The notes under the pieces are model-generated. The model did not search any database. It saw nothing but the letters and a program-made list of their open reading frames with translations, and had not been told where the DNA came from. From positions 1,856,001 to 1,920,000 of the forward strand of contig CBDFLE010000005.1 in assembly GCA_965248925.1 (NCBI GenBank): a DNA stretch of 64,000 nt. The letters are read 5' to 3'. Positions within the stretch are counted from its first letter, which is position 1, and every line of letters begins with the position of its first letter. The position numbers were made by a program, and so were the translations under genes. The stretch is from Candidatus Multivoradales bacterium (GTDB lineage: Bacteria; Acidobacteriota; Thermoanaerobaculia; Multivoradales; J023). Below are positions 1 through 8,711 of this stretch, piece by piece.

Positions 1-2291
1 GTTGTCGCGATCGTGGCCGGTGGTCTGGCGAGCCTCTACTACGATTTCGGCGACTTTGTCTCGGCCGACAGATACATCCGGCAGGCCGTCGAGATCGCGG
101 AGACTCTCGACAGCCAGCTGCATCTGCTACCGATCTTCCTCAATACACTAGCGACAATTCAGAGCGAACGGCTGGAGTTCGCGGCCGCCGATACAACGTT
201 TGCGCGTGTCATTGCACTCTATGAGGAGCGCAGCCCCTCGAGCAGCGGCCTCGCCATAGCGCTCAACAACCGGGCCGTTGGCGCCCGTGCGAGCGGCGAT
301 CTCGATCGCGCCCTGGCGCTAGCACAGCGGGCGCAGGCGATGGCCTTCGACATCGCGCCTGAATCCCTGAACGCGGCCAACAGCCGGGTGATCCTGGCAC
401 ATATCCTCGCGAAGCGCGGCGATGTCGAGGGCGCGGTGCGAGAGACGTCCGCTGCCCTGGACTCCGTCCGGGAGCAGTTTGCCGAGAGTCCAAGAGTGGC
501 CCGGACGGTGGCGCTGCTCGGGACCTACCAAAGAGATCTCGGCAACCTCGATGCAGCCCGAGAGCTGTTCACGGAAGCGATCGAGACCTACCGGGGTCGC
601 TCGCCAGGAGTGGCTGATCACGCACGGGCCCTTCACGGCCTGGGACTCGTCGCTGCCGAGCAGGACCGGCAGTCCGAAGCGACAGAAAACCTCTGCGCTG
701 CGGTAGATGTCATCGACCAGCAGCGCATCGGCATGGGTACCGATCGTAGAAGCTCCGCCGGGTTCGCTCGTGAGTTCTCAGACTTCTACCACCACTGTTC
801 AGAGGCTCTGTTGGCGGCGGATCGGACAGCGGAGGCCTTCGCCATCGTCGAACGCTCTCGGGCGCGGGACTTGCTGATTCTCCTCGCGCAGCGTCATCCG
901 TCGCTCGACGCCCGCGTGCCCGAGGCTCTGCGACTAGGCCGCAGCCGACTGAACGCGAGCTACGATGCGCTCTACGAGCGTCTTGGGGGACCCAAAGGCA
1001 GCTCGCCAGACCAGGTGGAGACGCAGCGGGAGCTCGAAGTGTTGAGGCAAGAGCGGCTCGACCTGGAACGAGCTCTGCGGACGCAGGATTCCCGTCTTGC
1101 CGCGGTGCAGTTCCCCGTGCCGCTCGATTTCGACGCTGCCGTCGCAGCTCTCGAGCCAGGCACGGTGGCGCTCACCTACAGTCTCGGCGAGGCGTCTTCG
1201 CGCCTGTTCGTCGTGGGACGCTCGGTGGGCGAGCAACGCATCGCCACCTTTGCGATAGATCTCGAGCGAGATCGCCTCGAGGCTCTCGTCGCCGGACTGC
1301 GCCAGGCGATCATCGAGCAGAGCGAGTATCGATTCGCCGCTCGACGGCTGTGGGATGCTCTCCTCGCGCCGGCCGAGCCCTGGCTGGGCGACGCTGAACG
1401 ATTGCTGATCTCGGCCGACGGAGCGCTCAACAACCTCCCGTTTGGCGCCTTGGTCGACGCCGACGGCCGCTTCCTCGTTGAGCGCCTGCCTCTGCACGCC
1501 GTCGCCTCGGTGACCGTGCGCCAGGAGCTTCGCCGGCGCGCCAAAGCTAAGAGTCGAGCCGTCACTCGCGGATCGCTGGTGATCTTCGGTGACCCTGTAG
1601 TTGATGAGGGTCAGCGCTCGTTCCGGGTGAGAAGCGCGGTTCGCTCCGGCTTCGATCTCTCGGCGCTGCCGGAGAGCCGCCGCGAGGCGGAAGCGATTGC
1701 AGGCCTGTTCGAGGGCAGCGCGGTGAGTTTCCTCGGGTCGGCGGCGACGGAGTCCCGCTTCAAGGAAGTCGCTGCCAACGTCGACCGGCTGCACATCGCC
1801 ACCCACGGCTACGTCGACGACACCTCGCCCCTCGACTCCGGTCTCGTGTTTTCACACCAAGACGGCGATGGCGAGGGCACCAACGGCATTCTCCAAGCCT
1901 GGGAGATCTTTGATCAACTCGAGCTCAACGCCGACCTGTGGTGACCCTGTCGGCCTGCGAGACCGCGCTCGGCCAAGAGACCCCGGGCGAAGGCATGATC
2001 GGCCTGACCAGGGCGTTGCAGTACGCCGGGGCACGCTCGATCATCGCGTCGCTGTGGCGCGTGGGCGATGCCTCGACGGCCGATCTGATGATCGACTTCT
2101 ATCGCGGGCTGAAAGAAGGGCTGCCGAAGGACGAGGCGTTGCAGCAGGCCCAGCTCTCCGTGTTGTCGCGCTCAGACAGTGGCGAGGGATCGGCGGAGCG
2201 TGGCGTGGGTGGGCTTGCACCGCTGACCCAAGTGGATTCTCGGCATCCCTACCGGTGGGCAGCCTTCCAGTTGACCGGTGACTGGCGCTGA
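1..2291 (+). pseudogene. TPR + CHAT (caspase-like) protease, 5'-partial, frameshifted near 1939
   Basis: Frame is open from base 1. It has TPR-like helices and the CHAT motifs LLISADGALNNLPF and HIATHG in 13..1944. The motifs LSACET, GEGMIGL, SLWRV and HPYRWAAF follow in another frame (1938..2291). The break may be a sequencing error. Confidence 0.85.
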
Positions 2292-2487
2292 CCCCAACTT
2301 TCGCCAGTCCCAGGAAATAGGCCTCGGCGCCCGCCGAGGTAGCCCAGGAGAAGGTTGGGCAGGGGGTGGCGATCAAGGTCACGCGGTCGGTGCCACCAGG
2401 GAAGATGGCCTGGGGGCGTCGGTCGGCGTAGGCTGTCGCCGGTTGGGCGAGGAGAGCTGCAAGGCAGAGCAGCTAGGTCCAGGCCAT
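2292..2487 (-). pseudogene. Truncated N-terminal remnant paralogous to the 2620..4833 protein
   Basis: Reads MAWT*LLCLAALLAQPATAYADRRPQAIFPGGTDRVTLIATPCPTFSWATSAGAEAYFL, which matches VSPG...TTCPTFSWSLASGAVGYEL of the neighbour. In-frame TAG at 2473-2475. Confidence 0.55.
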
Positions 2488-2619
2488 CGTGGGTTCGCTT
2501 CTCTTCGCTGGGGGCGGGACGTTGGTGGGCACAGCCTGGTACAAGATTTGGAGAGAAAGTCGGGACGCAGGAGATCCTGTTCGGCTGGGGCAGCCCTTGC
2601 GAGGTGGAGTCCTGGGTGG

Positions 2620-4833
2620 TTAGGAGCAGCGCGCATTGGCGCAGTGTGCGACTTTGAGGTCGCCGTTGGATGAGTCGAAGTAGCTGACGACAGGCAAGCC
2701 ATCGCTGCCAATGGCGATCGATGTGTACTCCCCGACGAAGCCCAGGCTGTCAAGGGTTTCGAGACTGCTGGAAGTGCAGAGGTTGTCGGCACAGTGCGCG
2801 GTCTTGAGGTCGTTGTTGGACAAGTCGAAGTAGCTGATGATCGGCAGGCCGTCGCTGCCGATGGCGATCGATGTGTAGGCTCCGACGTCGTTTGAATTTA
2901 GACCCTCCAAAGTGCGGAGACTTATGGAAGTGCAGAGGTTGTCGGCACAGACCGCGACATTGAGGGTCTCGTGGTTGGAGTTGAAGAAACTGACGATGGG
3001 CAGTCCGTCGCTACCAATGGCGATCGATGAGAATTCCACGAAGCTGGTGTTTGGGATGATTTACTTCCTACTCGAAGTGCAGAGCACGTCAGCACAGTGG
3101 GCGATCTTGAGGGCGTTGTTGGACGAGTCGGAGTAGCTGATAATCGGCAAGCCGTCACTGCCAATGGCGATCGAGGTGTGCTGCCCGACGTCGCCCGTCG
3201 CGTCCAAGGTCTTCAGGGCTGCAGCAGAGCAGATCCGGTCATTGCAGTGGGCGATCTTGAGGTCCTGGTTGGACCCGTTTTGGTAGCTGATGATCGGCAG
3301 TCCGTCGCCGCCAATGGTGATCGAGGTGTAGAACCCGGTGTCTCCTAGGCTGTCGAGAGTATTCAGGACTGCGGACGAGCAGAGTAGGTCGTCGCAGTGC
3401 GCGACCCTGAGGTCGTCGTTGGTGTGGTCTCGATAGCTGATGATAGGCAGACCGTCGCTGCCGATGGCTATCGAAGTGTAGGACCCGACCCCACCTAGGC
3501 TGTCCAGGGTATTCAGGACTGCGGAGGAGCAGAGCAAATCGTTGCAGTGGGCTACCCTGAGGTCTTTGTTGATGTGGTCTCGGTAGCTGACGATAGGCAG
3601 GCCGTCGCTGCCGATGGCTATCGAGGTGAAGGTTCCGACCCCGCCCAGACTGTCGACCGTAGAGGTCGTCTCGGTTCCAATCGTGGAGTATCCACAAGCA
3701 ATGGAGCCATCGGCGTTGATGCCGATCAGCACCTGCCCAGCTGGGCAGGTCTGTCCGCCGGTCACGAAGACGCTCGCCTCCTTGCCGTCCAGGGTGTCGG
3801 CGTCGAGGCCGGAGCCGGGGCCGTCGTTGGCGAGGACGAGCGGCATGACTTCGACGTCGCGGGCTAAGAGGGGGTCGATGCGTGGCTCGGTGACGATGCC
3901 GGCGACGATGTCGGCGCCGGAGTGGGGGTGGAGCGTGGGGGCGAAGTCGGCGGCTTGCTGGCCGTTGACAGTGTCGGCGTCAATGCCGCTCAGGCCGGAG
4001 CCGTCGCCGGTGAGGGTGGCGGCCGCGAGGTTGCCGTCGGCGTCAACTGAGAAGACCTGACCGCCGGGACCGGTGCCGCGCAGGAGCTGGCCGCCGTTGG
4101 GAGCCTCGAGTAGCGCCGCGGTGCCTTGCGGGCTCTGCTGGGCGGCTCGGAGGCCGGCGACGTCGCCGCTAGCGGCGGTGGAGAAAGCGGAAACCCCTGC
4201 TGACCCGGCTTCGGCGCTGACCGAGGAGCCCCGCACGCCGATTGCCACGACGCCGGTGTCGGTGCTTCTGCCAGAGATGGCCAGGGCGGGGCCAGCCGTA
4301 CCTTTGTCGGTGTTTCCCTCCGGACGGCGGTATTCGACCTCGGGATCCTTGGCGGCGGCTTCGGCCGCTGCCGAACCGTTGGCGAGTTGCCAGGCTTGCA
4401 GCACTTCGAGCGCGCGTCTGAGCTCGATGGCGGTAGGCGCCGCTGGGGTGCGGAAGAAGAGCGGCTCAGAGAAGGCGCGGTTCTTCTCCCGGCCGAGGGC
4501 CCGGACCGCCCAGGCGAAGGAACCGCCTGGCGGTAGGCAGGTCTCGAGCGGGGGTGTCCAGGACGAGGTCGCGCCTGGGAGCTGTTTCTCGACAATTGCC
4601 GGCTCGTCGGGCCCAGCACCTTCGGCTCGGTAGACGATCAGCTCGTAGCCGACGGCGCCGGAGGCAAGACTCCAGGAGAAGGTCGGGCAAGTGGTAGCGG
4701 TCGTCGTGGCGCGGGCCGCAGCGCCGGGCGACACTGCCGCAGCGTCCCCGGCTGAGGCAGCAGAGCAGACGGTCAGCGAAGCGACGAGGGTGAGGCAGAT
4801 CTCGGGCAACAGGGCGGCAGCTGGTTGGGGCAT
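2620..4833 (-). pseudogene. Secreted adhesin-like protein with GSGLDADxLDG fibre motif and 7 Cys-containing ~50-aa propeller repeats; internal TAA at 3061-3063
   Basis: RBS and ATG at 4833 followed by a signal peptide. Repeats of [YF]TSIAIGSDGLPIISYxDxxNxDLKxAHCxDxxCS: 4 before and 3 after an in-frame TAA. ORFs 3061..4926 and 2620..3039 are in the same frame. Confidence 0.8.
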
Positions 4834-4850
4834 CAGTGGTACTCCCTCTC

Positions 4851-5351
4851 TCAGTCGACCGAGGAGCTCCAGGCGGAGGTGTCGCCGGTCTCGAACCCAT
4901 CGGAGAAAATCGTCTCGACCGAGCACGGCAGGCCGGTTTGGCGAACGACTTCGAGGCCGAGACCTTCGACCCGCGCGCCTTGGAGCGAGGTCAACGCCGC
5001 GCTCGCGCAGCCGTTCTCGACGACGAGGTCGACCAAGTCGACGACCGTGCTGCTACCCAAGGCCGTGAAACGGCCCTGAAGCACGGTGCCTCTGCCTACC
5101 GGCCCCGAGATCATCAGCGTCCTGGAGACTTGGACAGATTCCTCATAGGTCCCCGCTTCGAGCTCAACCTCCGTGCAGGTCGGGTCGTCCACCGCCTCTT
5201 GAATCGTCGGATGGCCGCCGGGTACGGAGCAGACGATCGCCTGGGCCGGCAGCGCCCAGAGGACAAGCCATCCGACAGCCATCCAGGGCAGGATGCAGTC
5301 GTGGTCGAGGATCCCTGGGGTCCGCACCGCAGTGTTCTTCAACTGTGACAT
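4851..5351 (-). CDS. Small secreted protein (PTIQEAVD beta-helix-cap-like start) with C-terminal IFSDGFETGDTSAWS tail
   Basis: GGAGGAG RBS before ATG 5351, hydrophobic signal ending AQA, C-terminal DGFE motif. Confidence 0.75.
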   Translation of the reverse strand: MSQLKNTAVRTPGILDHDCILPWMAVGWLVLWALPAQAIVCSVPGGHPTIQEAVDDPTCTEVELEAGTYEESVQVSRTLMISGPVGRGTVLQGRFTALGSSTVVDLVDLVVENGCASAALTSLQGARVEGLGLEVVRQTGLPCSVETIFSDGFETGDTSAWSSSVD

Positions 5352-5540
5352 CGGCACTCCTCCCACTGTGTGTTCTACGGCGTGCAACAGCGAGCACCAC
5401 GCCGCTTCATACAGAGAAACGCCGAAGCCTCCTGGACCGCACGCACGGTTTCTCTAACGTCGCCCTAAGTGGCTTGCGGCGGAAGATGTTGGGCAGGCGA
5501 GCGGCATGTGGCCGGCTCATCGGTGGACTTCCTTGCCCTA

Positions 5541-6323
5541 CTAATCGACCGTGGAGCTCCAGGCAGAGGTGTCGCCGGACTCAAAGCCATCACGGAAGAG
5601 CGGCGAGCAAGTTACATTCTCGCAGTGCGTGATCTCGAGATCCCTATTGGTGCTGTCGTAGTAGCTGATGATCGGCAGGCCGTCGATGCCGATGGCGATC
5701 GAGGTGAAAAAACCGACAGCGCCCGCACTGTCGAGAGTCTGGTTGCTGCTGGAGCTGCAGAGAAGGTCATCGCAGTGCGCGATCTTGAGATCTCCGTTGG
5801 TGAGGTCGTAGTGGCTGATAATGGGCAGACCGTCATCGCCGATGGTGATCGACGTATGTAATCCCACATTGCCGGCACTGTCGAGTGTCTGGTTGCTGTT
5901 GGAGCTGCAGAGAAGGTCATCGCAGTGCGCGATCTTGAGATCTCCGTTGGTGCTGTCGTAGTAGCTGATGATCGGCAGGCCGTCGATGCCGATGGCGATC
6001 GAGGTGTACAAACCGCCCACGCCCGCGCCCGCGAGGGTGGTGGTGGTCTCGACGTCAGTCGCCGAAGGCCCGCAGGCGGTAGCGCTGTCAAGGTTGATAC
6101 CGATGATCAACGCCTGGACCGCCGAACACGTCTGCTTCGTGCCGTTCACCGCCTGCTGGATCGTCGGCTGGCCCTCGGGCGCCGCGCTAACGACGGCGTA
6201 GGCGGGTGCCGCCCACAGCAATGGCGCGCACAGGGCCGGCCACGTAGAAGCCCACCCCGCAAAAACGGAAACTTGGCCACGACTTCTTCTAACTTGATCG
6301 GATTTGCAGCGCCCCATGACCAT
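5541..6323 (-). CDS. Secreted protein with 3 propeller-type repeats and C-terminal LFRDGFESGDTSAWS tail
   Basis: GAGGAGG RBS, signal peptide ending AYA, three TSIAIGIDGLPIISY repeats. Confidence 0.75.
   Translation of the reverse strand: MVMGRCKSDQVRRSRGQVSVFAGWASTWPALCAPLLWAAPAYAVVSAAPEGQPTIQQAVNGTKQTCSAVQALIIGINLDSATACGPSATDVETTTTLAGAGVGGLYTSIAIGIDGLPIISYYDSTNGDLKIAHCDDLLCSSNSNQTLDSAGNVGLHTSITIGDDGLPIISHYDLTNGDLKIAHCDDLLCSSSSNQTLDSAGAVGFFTSIAIGIDGLPIISYYDSTNRDLEITHCENVTCSPLFRDGFESGDTSAWSSTVD
5648..6006. repeat. Near-identical intragenic direct repeats with 150-bp period
   Basis: 5648-5706 matches 5948-6006, and 5730-5802 nearly matches 5880-5952. Confidence 0.8.
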
Positions 6324-6535
6324 CTCTGCCTCCTCTTCCAGAATTGTGAGACGCAGTTAGAGCACCGACCAACGCCTCAACTTCTAGAAACGCCGGCTGT
6401 CCCTCGACCGCACGGTCAGTGCGGCCTTCTTCATGGCCGAATATTGGAGAAGAAAGGCCCTTGTTGGGAAAAATCGCTGACCAGGCCGGGTGGTCGCGTG
6501 GCCCGGTCAGCTGCTCGGGGCAGGTCCGCGCCGCG

Positions 6536-6752
6536 ATGAGGCAGGTCACCGAATTTGAGAAAGAAAGCGCGTCCCTCCCAGCGCGGGCCCCGGTTCAGGC
6601 GGTCGTCGAAGCAGATGTCATCAAGCTGTCGGTGAAGCGAAAGCACTTCACTGACATTCTCAAGATGGTCGCTTACCAAGCGGAGAGTGATCTCCTACGG
6701 CTCCTATCACCCCACTACCGACGCACCGAGCGGGAGGGACGACTATTGGTTA
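6536..6752 (+). mobile_element. C-terminal fragment of a putative transposase
   Basis: KHFTDILKMVAYQAESDLLRLLSPHYRRTEREGR resembles the C-terminus of a widespread putative transposase family (recognised from memory). No catalytic domain or element ends are visible. Confidence 0.55.
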
Positions 6753-7805
6753 TTCGGTGGACGATCGATAGACCGAATCAAACTCCGGCGCATCTCTCTC
6801 GTCCTTCAGCAGAGGCTTGAAGGTCGGCGGATTGGTCAGCACCTCAAAGGTCAGACGTACATCTTCGCGAAGACGCGGTCGAGGTCCGGCCTCTCTGAGG
6901 ATGTCGGCGAGCTCTCGCCGGTCATTGCCCTGTTCACGGACATACTCGAGTTTGCCGGTCGTCGTCGACTCGGTGAGCGCCGTGCCGTCGTCGAAATCGG
7001 GCTCAGGATCCTGACCATTCCTGTCGCGATTGCTGCGCGTCTTCAACAGCAACTTGGATTTGGGCTTGTCGATCTCAATCGCGGGCGTGCTTTGATCGTC
7101 TGCGATGAAGTAGTTGTAATAGAGACGATACCGCATCTTGTCATTATGGCGGACGTCGCTCGAGTTAAACTTTGCTCCGTGCTTCACGTAGTCGAAGCTG
7201 ACGCAAGACTCGACCTTGACGTCGGGCGCATACTTCCCCTTGGGAGTGACGGAAGGGCTTCGCTTCTGGCATCGTGCGACCAGGCAGCCTTCCACCGTAA
7301 CGTTCTTCGAGCCGCGAATCAGCAGGCCGAAGCCGTGACGTTCCTTTTCGCTGTGGATCCAATCGCCGCCGGGCGTCTTGGGTTTGTCCAAGGCCTCCGA
7401 CACGATGCACTTGAGGACGCTAATATTTTTGCAACTGACAATCGCGAATGTCTCATCGGTGCCCCATGCCAAGTGACAGTTCTTCACGGTGACGTCTTCG
7501 CAATCTCTCAGCGACAGAGACTCGGCTTCATCCTTCTTCCCAAAGCCGATGGATCCTACCCGAATCGTCAGGTTCTTCAGCGTAACCCGCTTGCAATCCT
7601 CGAGTTCCAGGGCATGCCCGTAGATAGCGACACTGGCGCCGTCAAGGGTGAAATCCCGCGCACCCTGGATCTTGATCGCGTCTCTGTCGGAGGCTCTCCA
7701 GACCTCGCCGTGGGCGCTGGGACTGAGCGTGATGTTGGAATTGGACCAACGGTCGAATGACAGCAGCTCATCGATGGATCTCTTTGTTCGATTGGTGCGA
7801 CTCAT
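6750..7805 (-). CDS. Pectate lyase (PL1)-like right-handed beta-helix protein
   Basis: GGAGAG RBS before ATG 7805. Motifs LTIRVG, HLAWGTDE, CIVSEAL, HGFGLLI and RSP are typical of PL1-like proteins. Confidence 0.7.
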   Translation of the reverse strand: MSRTNRTKRSIDELLSFDRWSNSNITLSPSAHGEVWRASDRDAIKIQGARDFTLDGASVAIYGHALELEDCKRVTLKNLTIRVGSIGFGKKDEAESLSLRDCEDVTVKNCHLAWGTDETFAIVSCKNISVLKCIVSEALDKPKTPGGDWIHSEKERHGFGLLIRGSKNVTVEGCLVARCQKRSPSVTPKGKYAPDVKVESCVSFDYVKHGAKFNSSDVRHNDKMRYRLYYNYFIADDQSTPAIEIDKPKSKLLLKTRSNRDRNGQDPEPDFDDGTALTESTTTGKLEYVREQGNDRRELADILREAGPRPRLREDVRLTFEVLTNPPTFKPLLKDERDAPEFDSVYRSSTE

Positions 7806-8111
7806 GGCGACTCTCCATTTTTCCTTGGCGCGGTCCCACACCGCTGGTTCGTTTGCTTCGTTCGACCTTTCATCATGGGTTCCTTTCGGTTTGAGGTCTA
7901 AAACACGGTCAGTTCTGAGACGTTTTTCGTCTCGTGCCCTGAAGAGCGCACTCGTGCTGAGAAAAGGGACACGAGACTCTGAGACCCTTGCCAGCAGGGC
8001 CGCGCCCTGGCCAGCCAGAGCTCGCGGCCAGAAGGCGATCTGGCTGACGCCTGGTGCCTGGAGTTGTGCTAAATTAGGCTCAGAAACAAAAAACATAATG
8101 GCAAACGAACG

Positions 8112-8711
8112 ATGACAGAGCCTTCCACAGAGCTAACTGGTCTTCTCACCCGCTGGGCCGACGGTGAGTTCGCGGCTCGGGACGAGCTTTTCGTGGTGGT
8201 CCATGCCGAGCTGCGTCGGTTGGCGGGTGGCTACATGCGCCGCGAACGTGCCAACCACACTTTGCAGCCCTCGGCCGTGGTGAACGAGGCCTTTCTGCGC
8301 CTGACCGGCGGGGCGCGGGTGAGTTGGGCCAATCGCTCCCATTTCTTCCGCGTGGCCGCGCGCGCCATGCGTCGCGTCCTGGTAGATCATGGACGCGGCG
8401 TAGGTGCTGCAAAACGTGGGTTCGGGCTGAAGAACCAGCTCCTCGACGAAGAGGTAGTGATCCCAGGCATCGACGTCGAATTGCTGGCTCTCGATCAAGC
8501 GCTCAGCCGATTGGGCACCTTCGACGAGCGTCTGCTCCAAGTGGTTGAGTTGCGCTACTTCGCCGGTCTGGGGATCGACGAATTGGCAGAGCTCCTCGGT
8601 GTGTCGTCGAGAACCGTCAAACGTGATTGGCGCTCGGCGCGAGCCTGGCTGCTGGCTGAACTCGGGCCGGTTAATGAAGCTCGCCCAGACTGTGGGGGCG
8701 ATGGACGCTGA
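8112..8711 (+). CDS. ECF sigma factor, TIGR02999/ECF43-like (kinase-associated)
   Basis: HTLQPSAVVNEAFLRL, NRSHFFRVAARAMRRVLVD, VELRYFAGL, RTVKRDWRSARAWL. Overlaps the downstream kinase gene. Confidence 0.92.
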   Translation: MTEPSTELTGLLTRWADGEFAARDELFVVVHAELRRLAGGYMRRERANHTLQPSAVVNEAFLRLTGGARVSWANRSHFFRVAARAMRRVLVDHGRGVGAAKRGFGLKNQLLDEEVVIPGIDVELLALDQALSRLGTFDERLLQVVELRYFAGLGIDELAELLGVSSRTVKRDWRSARAWLLAELGPVNEARPDCGGDGR

